Source: Octopus bimaculoides
Lineage: Eukaryota
Direction: 5' to 3'
Length of the DNA: 64,000 bases
Assembly (NCBI RefSeq): GCF_001194135.2
Contig: NC_068981.1
Span: forward strand, 38,900,196 to 38,964,195
The position numbers and the translations under genes are program-made. Positions 37,135 through 49,676 of this stretch are shown piece by piece. The first letter of the stretch is position 1; each line of letters begins with the position of its first letter. The notes beneath the pieces are model-generated. The model was not told the DNA's origin. It worked only from the letters and a program-made list of their open reading frames with translations, and made no database searches.

Positions 37135-38650
37135 ACCAGGGAGTAAAAGTCTTAGTATGTAGGAAAGCAGACAAATCACAAACCCCTTCAGGTCAATGGC
37201 CTTGCTTGATCTGTAGAAAAGGCATAACGTAGGTAGAAACTCCATAAGATATACTCAGTGTAAGCTATGGACACATAAGAGGTGCAACAATATCAAAGGA
37301 AGGTTAACAGAGAAAATAGTTTTTGTGTGTGGAAGGTATACAGGTACAATTAACAATATAAATGCGTAAAAAATAGACGCCATCACATGCTAAGGGGGTG
37401 GACTAGAAGTAGTCGATAGCTTCCATTACATAGTGGACCAAGTAAGTAGAAGGGGCTAAGTTCAGAGAGTTCATATTTCTGTTGGTAACAAAATGCTTCT
37501 CTATCAGAGTGAAAGGCTGACTGCACGATGCCTGTATGTGAACAGCCATGCTACATAGCAGTGAAACATGGGCTGTGACTGCCAAGAACATGTGTAGGCT
37601 TGAAAGAAATGAAGCTAGTATGCTTTGCTGGATGTGCNNNNNNNNNNGGACACATAAGAGGTGCAACAATATCAAAGGAAGGTTAACAGAGAAAATAGTT
37701 TTTGTGTGTGGAAGGTATACAGGTACAATTAACAATATAAATGCGTAAAAAATAGACGCCATCACATGCTAAGGGGGTGGACTAGAAGTAGTCGATAGCT
37801 TCCATTACATAGTGGNNNNNNNNNNTATGCTTTGCTGGATGTGCAATGTCAGTGTGCATGTACGACAGAGTGTAAAGGTCCTAAGAGAAAAGTTGTGCAT
37901 ACACAGCATCAGATGTGGTGCGCAAGAGAGATGACTGCACTGATATGGTCATATGGCACATATGGATGAGGACAACTGTGTGAAAAAGTGCCGCACTCTA
38001 GCAGTGAAGGGAACCTATGGAAGAGGTAAACCCAAGAAGACCTGGAATGAGGTGGTGAAGCAGGATCTTAGAATGTTGGACCTCATGGAGGCAATAGCAA
38101 ATGACTAAGACCTTCAGCAATGTGCCTTGCTTGTGAAGCCCAATTGAGCCAAGTGAGATCATAGTCGTGGCCAATGCCAGTGCTGCATAACTGGCACATA
38201 AAAAGTACCCTTCAAACATTGGGTAATATGATGTGCTTAAGATCTAGCAAGCCAAGTGAAATCATAGCCATGGCCAATGCCAGGGCTTTCTGACTGACAT
38301 GCATGCCAGTGGCATGTAAAAGCACTGTTCAAGCATTGGGCCTCATGAAGGCAGTGACAGGTGACCAAGACCTTTGGTGATTCACCATGCTTGTGTAGAC
38401 TTGTCAAGCCAAGTGGGATTATAGTTGTGGTTGATGTTGGTGTCACATCAATGGTTCCTAGGCCGATGGCACATGAAAAGCATCCATTACACTCTTGGAG
38501 TGGTTGGCGTTAGGAAGGACATCCAGCCATAGAAACCTTGCCAAATCAGATTGGAAAATGGTGCAGCTCCCTGACTCACCAGATTTTACTCAAACCGTCC
38601 AACCCATGCCAGAATGGAAAGTGGACATTAAATGATGATGATGATGCTGA
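37135..38650 (+). mobile_element. RTE LINE 3' portion (decayed ORF2, 3' UTR, (GAT)n tail) with internal assembly spacers
   Basis: WPCLICRKG..., YDACM*TAMLHSSETWAVT, LERNEASMLCWMC, GHMAHMDED and GRGKPKKTWNEVVKQDLR motifs. Confidence 0.9.
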
Positions 38651-38954
38651 TTCTGCAGCAAAGGAGTATATTTGACGAGCTTACACCATGATCATGGATT
38701 TTGGTTTCATTCAAGCTTTTCTTCTGAGTTCCTAAACAAAGTATATAACTTGTATGATCTCATTCTATCTAATAAAGAAATTTTGCTTTATGGCTGAAGA
38801 GAAAGGAGTCATTTGTGAAATCATGTGATCCTGTAAAATCCCTAGTAATAAGAAAAATTGGATGTAGAATGACAAGAAAAGTCTGTCCACCACAGCAGAA
38901 GTGATACTGGTACTGGTTCCACATAAAAAAGCACTTGTTCTGGCACCATATTGA

Positions 38955-39110
38955 AAACACCTAGTAGACTCAATGGACTGGTTGGCGTTAGGAAGGACAT
39001 CTGACCTTACAAACCATGCCAGAACAGACAATGGAGCCTATTGCAGTCCTTGGCCTTAAATCTTCCAACCCATGCTAGCATGGAAAATGGACGTTAAATG
39101 ATGATGACGA
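38955..39110 (+). mobile_element. RTE 3'-end fragment (family C)
   Basis: ggttggcgttaggaaggacatc...ccaacccatgctagcatggaaaatggacgttaaatgatgatg. Confidence 0.8.
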
Positions 39111-39879
39111 TGGGGAGGGGGAGGAGGTTGATTGAAGTTCAGTGATGTTGATTCTGTATAGAAACTATTTTCACTCATTACCAAATCAAACCAGTCATTG
39201 ATCTTTTTATAAGGAATTATGTCCAAAATGATTCATCGCCACTTTACTGTTGCATTGAGTATATTAACTGCATTTCATTTCCGTCTACTTCTCTTGACTT
39301 GCTTTGCTCCACTAACACGTTTATTTTAGCTAATGCAAATGCCTAAAATATTAATATTAGCAGAAATAAAAAGCAAAGTTTATGGACTTTAAATCTGTGA
39401 ACAGTAAAATTTTCGCAAAGTGTTCGTTCTTTGTTAATTATTCTTTTACTCTTTCATTTCAGTTGCTGGACTGTGCCCATGCTATGGAACAGCCTTGACA
39501 GTTTCGGACAATTATATCAGTTCCAGTACTTGTCGTTCAAATTGTGGCACTATTTCTATGAGGCTCTTTTACGGAAGACTAAGTTATGGGATGTAAAAAT
39601 ATTGTTTTATAATCAAGTGTTGGGGAAGCACTAAGACATGCACACAAACACATATACACATATATATTCATATACATACATATACATTTTATATATTAAT
39701 GTATGTATAAACATATATAAGTTATGAGCTAGAGGTTATGCAACCATCTAAAGGATAAATGTATCCATAGGCACTACTGGTGTATTACCTAACTATGTAT
39801 AGGCTTTCCTAAAAAGGAAGAGAAAAAGGAAAGAAGTTCGTTAAGTCTTTAAACTTACATTTTTGTGCTCTTTAAAGTT

Positions 39880-41210
39880 TGCATGTATGTGTAGATTTCC
39901 TCAATTAGATGAATGGAGCAGTAAGTAGGGAAAATGACAAGTTGACTGGCGATGTTAGTTGAAAGAATTATACCTGTTTGTAATATCCGGTGTCATTAAT
40001 TGTAATAAATAACCCTGTTTGAGTTCGCTAGATAAGTCCCAATGATTACAAATAATGTCCTTGTTAAAAATTAAGGATGCTCTTACAAGTTTAAGTGCGA
40101 CATATGGTATAAATTTGGGTTATGTAAAATGGTTTAATAAATAAATAAATAAATAAATAAAGATGTTATGGGCAGCACGGGCTATCTACTCGTTAATATA
40201 ATTAAAACCAATCAACTTTTAGAATAGGCTAAATCACTCGTGTAATGGTACTTATGTTGGTGGCAGTCCTAGCAATAGTATGTTAGTCAGTGATCTAACT
40301 TTAATGTGGATATATCAAAGAGAATTATAGCTCCATTTGTTCATCGTACATTTAAGATAAATAATTCCATTAGTCGGGGTAATTTAATATAATTGCGATA
40401 TGATATTAAATCATGCACTGTAGTAAGGGGAGAGTCACGGGGAGGTAATCAGATGTTAGGCAGGTTAGCTAATAACCTGTAATGTAGGTATTTGCAGTAT
40501 TTAGAGAATAAGAATTTATCTTTATGTAAGTATGTTCTATTTTTCTTGTCATGTTTATTAAGTAATTCTGATTTGGCCATTAAAATGAAGAATTTCTCAT
40601 TAATGCATAAATTACAGCGATTATTTTAAAGGTTATATGAAGATGTTTTGAGTAGGATGCACCATTTTAGTCTATAATTAATGTTATCTTTAAGTTCCCA
40701 GATGTAACTGCTTAATCCGGTAGAGTTAGCTTTATTTCTATTTTTGAAACTTGAGAGATGGGAATTATATCTAAGTTTCATGTCATTTTTAGTTGCTCCT
40801 ATATAAGTTTTCTTGTGATTATTGGAGAATACATCACATTGGTAGATTACATTCTTAGTTATACATTTATTTAAGAATTCACAAGTATTTTTTATCCCTG
40901 CAGCCATATAGATTAGTAAGATTATCTATGCTTATGATATGGTGAGGAGGATTGTCATTTATAAGGTGGTTGTCCATATTTCTAGAGGGTGAGTTATTTG
41001 GGGAGATTGCTTATTATATCGATTGATCGGTTGTTGTGATTTTTATTCTTATTCTTCCTAGTTTCGTAGAAGGAGTTTAGCTTTTTATTGTTAATAGAGT
41101 CTATAATAGTAGCTAGGTTGCTAGTTAGGCTATGGTCTATCCTAATTTTTTTTTGCTAAAGATTTCTGAGTATTTCGTATTCATATAAAGTTCTTATTTA
41201 TAAGTTTCAT
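39880..41210 (-). mobile_element. Penelope-like element 3' part with GIY-YIG endonuclease remnant
   Basis: ORF 40626-40907 has CITKNVIYQC...KTYIGAT...RYNSH...STGLSSYIWELK (GIY-YIG pattern); upstream IFSKKKIRIDHSL resembles the PLE RT-endonuclease linker. Confidence 0.85.
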
Positions 41211-43867
41211 TACAGATTTAACTATATAACTCCTTGGAGCTGGCTAGTCTCATATATTCTTCACTCAGGCATTGCAGATCCACTTATCTCTCAACCTCTT
41301 GCCAACGTAGTTGCATCCCTTGTCCCCAGCTCTGTACAATCCACTATACCTAGAACTTCCCCATCGAAGCATTGGCTCTCTAAAATCATGTCCCTGCTCA
41401 TATATTTCTTGCAGTCATTGACCCACAACAGTTTAAACAGCATCAGGCTCCACAAACATAGAGAACTTGTAACAGTCTTTGGCACTGCCCCTGCCTCCAC
41501 ACTCAGCAACTAAAGCACAAGAAAAAAAATGTCTGAGTCGAATTATCATTAATTTGATAATAGTTTTTCCGACAAATGATCACATCTTGAGAGATGAAGA
41601 TTATTTTTTAAATTTTACATGTACACCACATGTAAATCAGTTTGATCATATATAGTACTAGTCTTGGAATAAGACGCTAGGTGATGAGTGGAAATCAGAC
41701 CAGTAAAGATCTAAATATCAAAATATTTTTTATTTCTAAAGGTAAGATTAACATTTATAAAAAATTATGATTGTATGAAACATTCACTTATAAAGTATTT
41801 ATATTTAATGTAAAATGTATGAATATTTTGTTGTTTTAAACTTCAACTTAATTAAAACAGAATTATTTTAAATGACCAAGTAACTCGAAATGCCTGACGT
41901 TTTTCAAAATTAATTAAAATGAAAATAGGCAGTGCATTTCATTAGAAATACACTGCCTGTTTGCATGTGAGTTACAAAAGAGTTAATTAGAGACTCAACT
42001 GTAAATACATGCTTATGTTTAAACAAAACAAAATAAGCAGCAATAAAAAGGGAATTGAAAGAGGATCATCTTAGTAATCACATTTTATACATTCTTTCTA
42101 TGCACATGGTTTATTTTGTTCAAAAATAGACACATATAGAATAACAATCGACTCTCCAATAAAAGCCATTTACACTCACAATGCTTATTATGCTGAAATC
42201 TTTTGCCAAGGAATATAACTTCCTGAGCTTTGTCTGGCTTAGTTAAAAGTTTCAAACTTTTCTTGAAAATTTAGAATCAAATTTAAAACTTTTAGCAACA
42301 AAAATGAATATTTTGAAAATAGCTTCTTTGCACTTTGGCTATAATAAAAGTGTAATAAGATATTGCATTCCAAGCTATCTTAAAATGATCTAACACTTTG
42401 AGTGAATTCTAATACACAGAACACAAGTTATGAACTTGAATGATGATTCACTTCACCTGGAAGACAAAGTTATTTAGATGACTACTGATTGTAAAGAAAT
42501 TGAAATTCAGATTGGTGTGAAGAAATTTAAAGGAATTATGTCCTTCCAGATAAAGATAGATAATAATGATATGATGTAGGTTTACGAATGGATAATCTAC
42601 ATAGTAGTGGAATTTGAAAGAATAAGATCTGATCTCCATATATTGAAATAAATCAAATTTATGAGATAATACAAGCCAGCTGGACATGGATGCCTCTGAA
42701 AGCAAAGAATCATTGTGTATGATGATGTAATGGAATAAACACGGTCAATTAATTGGAGTAACTCTGAAACTATGTGGGAGTTTTAGTGATATTAGGCCAT
42801 AAAACGAAATAGTCTGGGCTAATCTGACCAGATATAATAATCAAGAAATAAATGTTTTAGAATCTTGTCCAATGTATGGGAAAGTGGACATTAAAATGAC
42901 AATAACAATAATAATGAAAAGAAAGATGAGAGACAGAATTAGAGAACAGAAATACTATTATTCACCCAATGAAAAAGTCCGTGCTTCATCATAATAATAA
43001 CAATCAAGTTTCATGTTAATGAATTCTGTTGTGCAGACTAATGTGGAACATTTTGATCATTTAAATGAGAAATATGTTGTACCACATGAAATCAATTTAC
43101 TCAACAATAGAGTTCTCTGATAGAGATTAACTACATGCCATTCCTCATGTCAATTACTTAATTCAGGAGCCCATACATGAACACTTAGACTCCTAGAAAT
43201 AGCAGTAAAATCTTACTTAAATCTCATCATCCTTCTCCAACAATAGTTTCTCTAAAACTCCTATAAATTCAGGTACATAACTTTTAACACCTTCCTGGGA
43301 AAATTAAACCCAATTTTTTTTTTTTTTTTTTCAGATATTGTAGATGTTTCCAGAATATCTAAGTGTGAAAACACAAAGGAACAGTTTTATTACAAATCAA
43401 ATAGTTAATGGAAAATGTTATAAACTAACTGTTTCTCTCATTGAAAAGGAACATTTTTCATGAGTAATAAAATTCTGGGTGTGTTGCATAATAATTTTTT
43501 CACTGTTGAAGGGAAGCCCTGCTATGTAAAATAATCGTTCAAAATAATTGTAGTTTTACAATAGCAAGTTGCAGATAGTGTGTACCATAAGAAATCCATT
43601 TATCTTTCTCTTATACATTTCAAATCAGTTCTATGCTGAAGTAAATACTGAAGAGTGTTTTCTTTTTATAATTTAAAATCTATATTTTCATACAATAAAA
43701 TATTGAAATATGATTTTTTCCCCCTTTTCAGGTTTAGATTAACAATGTTTTTCTTTTTTACCTGAGTTACACAATTTCACATTTTAACTTTTAAAGACAT
43801 TTAATTATTAAATATGTTTAAACATTTCAACCACAATATTTTATTGATCTTAATATTGACAACAGTT

Positions 43868-44107
43868 AAGGTGGTGAGCTGGCTGAAACCTTAGCACAGT
43901 GGACGAAATGCTTAGCAATATTTCATATCTTTATGTTCTGAGTTCAAATTCTGACGAGGTTGACTTTGTCTTTCATCCTTTTGGGATCAATAAATTAAGT
44001 GCCAGTTGCGTACTGGGGTCGATTAAGAACCAGTTGCGTACTGGGGTCGATCTAATTGACTGACTCCACCTCCCCAAAAGTTTCAGGCCTTGTGCCAAGA
44101 GTACAAG
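43868..44107 (+). mobile_element. Full-length SINE B with 16-bp TSD and a small internal tandem duplication
   Basis: TSD aatattgacaacagtt at 43852-43867 and 44108-44123; ccagttgcgtactggggtcgat occurs twice. Confidence 0.9.
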
Positions 44108-44163
44108 AATATTGACAACAGTTGTTTCCTCTACTGGCTCCAGCATATTATTATACTAGCACA

Positions 44164-44548
44164 GGCATGGCTGTGTGGTAAGAAGCTTGTTTCCAAACCA
44201 TATGGTTCTGGGTTCAGTCTCATTGCATGGCACCTTGGGCAAGTGTCTTCTACTATAGTCTCAGGCCAACCAAAGTCTTCTGAGTGGATTTGGTAGACAT
44301 AAAGTGAAAGAAGTCCAGTGTGTGTGTGTATGTGTCTTTGTATCTGTGTTTTCCCCACCAGTGCTTGACAACCGGTGTTGGTGTGTTTATGCCCCCATAA
44401 CTTAGCAATTTGGCAAAAGATATTGATAGAATAAGTACTAGGCTTTAAAAAAAGTACTGAGATTGATTTATTCGATAAAAAATTCTTCAAGATGGTGCCC
44501 CAGCATGGCCACACTCTAATAACTGAAGCAAGTAAAAGATAAAAGATA
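44164..44548 (+). mobile_element. Full-length SINE A
   Basis: ggcatggctgtgtggtaagaagc...ggttcagtc...ccttgggcaagtgtcttctactatag...aagtaaaagataaaaga. Confidence 0.9.
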
Positions 44549-45292
44549 GCAATCAATCTACCCATAGAACCAGATATCTATACAACCATTGAATTGTTTG
44601 ATATTACAGTTACAATGTAAATAAGCGTCTCAAAATTTGAGAGGTGTGTATTTAAAAAAAAAACTGTAAATATTTTAGGTGAATGATGATGTTAAAATTC
44701 TTTTTAGTTTTCTTTTTTAAAATTACCAGCAATTTGCTTTAGTGCAAACATATCTGTGAGCACTAAAAAGCTAGCTGAAATGGGTCACGTGGAGAAGGGT
44801 ACACCATGAAAAATCTTGTACTGTTACTTAGTGATTGACTCATCACTACTTCAGCAAATTCACTGAAATCTATGCTTTACTGATAAGGTTATAAGAAGGC
44901 TAGAACATGTCCAGAGTTTCTTTCCTGTACTTGCTGAAATAATTAAGATATTGTAGTTAACTTATTTTTTACTTCCCTACTTATTTTTTCTTCACTAATT
45001 ATTGTAAATTAACTTTTCAATGCTTTCTGCTGACATAAACTTCCTCATTAATTGTCTGTCATATTCATGGTTATCATTAATTCATTTATAACTAAATCCA
45101 GATACACATCAAGTTGTTGAGGATGCTGAAACTTCATTTGTTTTTAAAGTGTCCTCTTCCTTGAGTTTTGCAAGTTCTTTAATAGTCAACATACCTAACA
45201 TGGTTTCAACCTGAGATTTTAATGTCAAATATCCAGATATTCCAAAACTCCAAGGATAACTTGTTCTTTACCTTTTGGTGAATACTCTATAT

Positions 45293-45649
45293 CAGTGGTT
45301 CCCAAACTATGAGTCATGACCCACTGATGGGTCACAAACGGAATCTTAGTGGCTCACAAAAAGTTATAAAATTATGAATTAGCTTTGATTAACTGCTGTC
45401 TATCGAGATAGTTCAAGACTCATGTTTTCAATACCAGACTGGTTGTTTTATCAAGCAGTAGGCTTTTTTAATTCTATTATTGAGCGTATCAAGAAACAGG
45501 CTCATCCTTCTCACAGGCCTCAATGAAAATGTAATCTGAAATAAATTTGTTTCTTTCATTAATGCTTTTACCCAGTAGAGTTAAGTGGGTCGCCATAAAC
45601 TGGTGTCATAAATAGTGGGTCGTGTCTCTAAAAAGTTTGGGAACCACTG
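45293..45649. mobile_element. Non-autonomous hAT (Charlie-like) element, 357 bp
   Basis: Perfect 15-bp TIR CAGTGGTTCCCAAAC; perfect 8-bp TSD ctctatat at 45285-45292 and 45650-45657. Confidence 0.95.
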
Positions 45650-46091
45650 CTCTATATATTTTTAAATTCAAAATTCAGGATAAAGGAAATGATAGGTTAG
45701 TATAATGGTTAGTCACATTCCAAACTTTGTCAGACAGATTTATTGCATCCTGCTTCTCATCCTTTTTGTACATCTATTACAATAGCCTCTTATTCTCACA
45801 GCTGGTTGATCTTGTGCAACCTGCATTCTGACACTCCTGACTTTCCTACCTCTTTCTTTGATAGCTATATTGGGTTACCCCACCTCAACCATCCCTTGTA
45901 CTGAACAATATTTTCAGTCCCTTCTCTGCAAGATGACAGTTCCCGAAAAAGAAAAAAAAATCTCCTCTGCTCATATTTTAGCTGCAGCTTTCAACTTAAA
46001 ACTGTGCGAAAGGGACTTCAACTCTGGCAATCCTTCCAGTTTTAGACAGCTCATAAATACCAGGGGTACACCACCTTCCTCCAGAGCAAAT

Positions 46092-46129
46092 CAACAACAA
46101 CACCAGCAGCAGCAGCATCAGCAGCAACA

Positions 46130-46160
<31 letters not shown>
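46092..46160. repeat. (CAN)23 trinucleotide tract, mostly CAG/CAA
   Basis: Directly visible. Confidence 0.95.
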
Positions 46161-49100
46161 AATTTGAATTTACAAAACTAAAGGCTCCAAACTTTATTAC
46201 TGGCAAGATGTCAATTCTTTTGCACTTATCTTCTTGAAAGCAACCACCTCTGTACGGCATAGGAATAACTTTATGGTGAATCTGTTACCTAGTAGTACAG
46301 CATATACAACTCTATTTGATGGTTATTGTTGCTGCTACCGATGATGAGGATTATGACGATGATGACAATGATAATGATGATGTAGCTGAATATACAGGCA
46401 TATACAAATATATAGATTTAAGTAGTGTGAATCACATTTGTAAATACTAAATTCAGCAACTAACATAATGTAACTTATCCATATTTGCAGTGAATCTGGC
46501 TGTAAAAACATTTCAGCCTATGCAATTAGCAAATCAAAGGAAATGCTAACAACAAAATTTCATTATTGCATCTTTGATATACACTCGTGTATAAATGTAA
46601 TAATGGTGCCTTCATACACATATATATATATATTTGTATATTTATGTATGTGTGTGGATGTGGGTGCAAATGTATATGAGTATGAGTGTGTATGCATGTA
46701 TGAATATTCAAGCTTGCTTCCACGCATTTAAACTACCTTAAATTACATTCACAGTTGCACATACACTGACGTATGTACATGTTTAGTGTAACATATGTAT
46801 CTCTTTAGTGTTTTCCTTGACAAGCATTAAATGAAAATGTGGTCTATAGAATTACACACACATGTAGCATGTGTATATATTTATATTTTTAATTACTTCT
46901 TTATTGTACATAAATATGTTTGTTTACACACACACGTGTGTATGTGTGTGTGTGTGTGTTGTGTTTGAATAAACTTATATTGAAATTAATATAAATCTCA
47001 TGACAAATAAAATAGGTCTCCGCTAGAAATACACAAGCACATGTCATGAGATTTCTCCAAACACATTTGTTTGAAAATCTAGAGATGTGAGTTGTTTTTT
47101 GTTTTTTTTTTTATATATTTTCTGAGTTAGAGGAAATCAAGTAAAAGTCTCTAACATACATTTGTAGGAAAGTTTCCATTTTGAATTTCATAATTATCAG
47201 CTAATTCTAACAGTGTTTGTCTTTTCTGGAGTGTTTTAACACAAAAATACATTAAAATGGGTTAACTCTTTTTCAAAAAGAGTCCTTTTCTGATAGTTGA
47301 AATCTTTGATTTCATATTTTAATTATCAACACAAATAACATAATTCTTCTGATTTCATTGGTTACTCAAATTTCAAAGTGGTTTGGAAATTATATTTTTA
47401 TGCACTTCTCGTTTTTAATGAGATAATTTTTCATTTTCGGAAAGATTATTTTTGAGGGGAAAAAAAAAGAAAGAAAAATCTAAAAGGATCTAATCCATTG
47501 AAAACAATATGTGAGATTGTCAGTTGAAAAGAGTTAGACTGGCAAAAAATTAATGAATATATAAAGATTTCATACAGTTTTCTTTTTCTCTTGTTCAAGG
47601 AAACCATTGAGGAAGTAAATTGCAATATTGATACACTATGTTAAAAATGATGTAATACTCTAAAGTACTTTGACCTTGCTGTGGAACTTGAGTGAATTAA
47701 AGAAAGTGAATAGAGAATATATGTTGTGTTGATGATGATAAAAGAAAGACTGTTCCAAAATGTGATAGCACAGAAATGTTTTGACTCCGTATTACTGACC
47801 ACATGTTATGAGTTCAAATGTACTTCATCAAACATTATTAGTCAGTTTACATTGTTGTATTTGCTTCACTTGAACCAACAAAGAAGTCTCTGCATGGTCA
47901 TCACTCAATGAAATTACCTTCAAATCACATCCTACTTTATTAAATAAAGAAAAGACTAGTAAGAAAAATATGTTCCTATATTCCCCTAAAAAGGAAGGAA
48001 GTTCAAAGCTGGAATGCCTTTTGATCATAGGTCTGCTCAATAAAATACAATATATAACAATATCACTACCATTTCATCTGTGAATAATTGATAGGATTTT
48101 AACTGAATACATCGGTTTATTTTCTGGAAACTACATTATAATTACTGCTTGGGATTTGACAATTATATGTCAGTTTCTGAAGTGAATTAAAGACATGATT
48201 TAAATCTAATTTACAATTACTGTAAAATTTTGGTTTCAGTGAATATATTATTGAATTTACATTTTTTTTATGTAACGATGTGTTGATGCTGTATTTATTA
48301 CAGTTTAGATTTAAAGTTCTATAGAAGGATCATCAACATAGCTACAATCCAATGAGGGAAACAGGTAAAAGATAAAAGAAAGATGTGCTTCATTGCATAA
48401 CAAAGAATAAAAAAAAAGTGTTTGCATTATTTTGTCATTGGAAAAATGATCCTCCCATAGATCTTAAAAGTTACTCTATGATGCAAACAAAAGAAATCTG
48501 TTCTGAAAACTATATTCCAATTGCTACAAAGTATTAGCATTAGTGAGAATTATATATAATTTGATAAGACAAACTAGAAAATCTCTCCTGAAAATAAATA
48601 TTTGGTTTCTTTTTTCAAAATCACTCTCAACAATATAGCAAGTTTGTTAGAATTTATAAAAGGAAAAGGAAACACACTAATCTAATTCAAAGTGAGCAGC
48701 AAAACCATAAAATTGTCAACATGAGTTACAAGCAGATTATACAAGAAGAAAAAGAAGAAAACAGAAAGTTTCATAAAACAGAATAAAGAAACAACTTTTC
48801 TTATAAGAGGTGACAATACCAATGAAAAGTTGAGAATTTGTAGAAAGATAAATTATTTCGATTAGTAACATTTAGAAGTATTTATAGTATACAACTAAAG
48901 TGGCATTAGCCTGGTAATAAGAGGAAAGTTTAGAGTGAAGTTTAGCTACCAAAACAAGACCAGCAATGTTAGAAACTCACTTTTAAACCTGGTCAAGGAA
49001 AAAGACAGAAGAAGAACAGAGACACAAACTCATAAGTAACAGCACTATCTTATTCATAAGAGATTTATTATAAATAAATGATATATTCAGATGGAAGATA

Positions 49101-49249
49101 CTGATGAGCTTGACATTGAAGCCCAACCTTCATAGCAGCTAATTTAGCAATAAATCTAATATGACCAATTCAAGTCAAATCTTTGAAAAATGTTAAACCA
49201 AAAAGACAAAGACTCAGAAAAAAGTGTATCAAACATAGAAGTAGATTTT

Positions 49250-49460
49250 CATCAGAGTTCCTGTAACAGTAAATGGAAAGTAGTGTAGTTTCTGCAGGGT
49301 TGAAACCAACTACTAAGCACTTCAATCAGTCACTGAATGCAGGTCAAGCACAATAGTTATTTCTTCCTTATCAAACAAATCAGATTTCTCATTCAAACAG
49401 AAAAAAACATTGTCATCAGCAAAGACAAGTTTAGATGTAACATCAAGAAGGTCATTAATA
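49250..49460 (-). mobile_element. LINE reverse transcriptase remnant (CR1/L2/Jockey-like)
   Basis: Minus translation INDLLDVTSKLVFADDNV...DLHSVTD fits the RT motif INDLP...FADD; interrupted by SINE B. Confidence 0.65.
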
Positions 49461-49462
49461 AT

Positions 49463-49676
49463 TCTTTCTACTGAAGGCACAAGACCGTGAAATTTTGAGG
49501 GAGGTGACTAGTCGATTACATCGACTCTAGTGTTTCACTGGTACTCAATTTATCGACCCCAAAAGGATGAAAGGCAAGGTCAACCTTGGCAGAATTGAAC
49601 TCAAAATGTAGCAGCAGAGGAAATACCACTAAGCATTTTGCCTGGCATACTAATGATTCTGCCAGCTTACCACCTT
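49463..49676 (-). mobile_element. SINE B with 18-bp TSD
   Basis: TSD aagaaggtcattaataat at 49445-49462 and 49677-49694; minus-strand head aaggtggtaagctggcagaatc. Confidence 0.9.
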
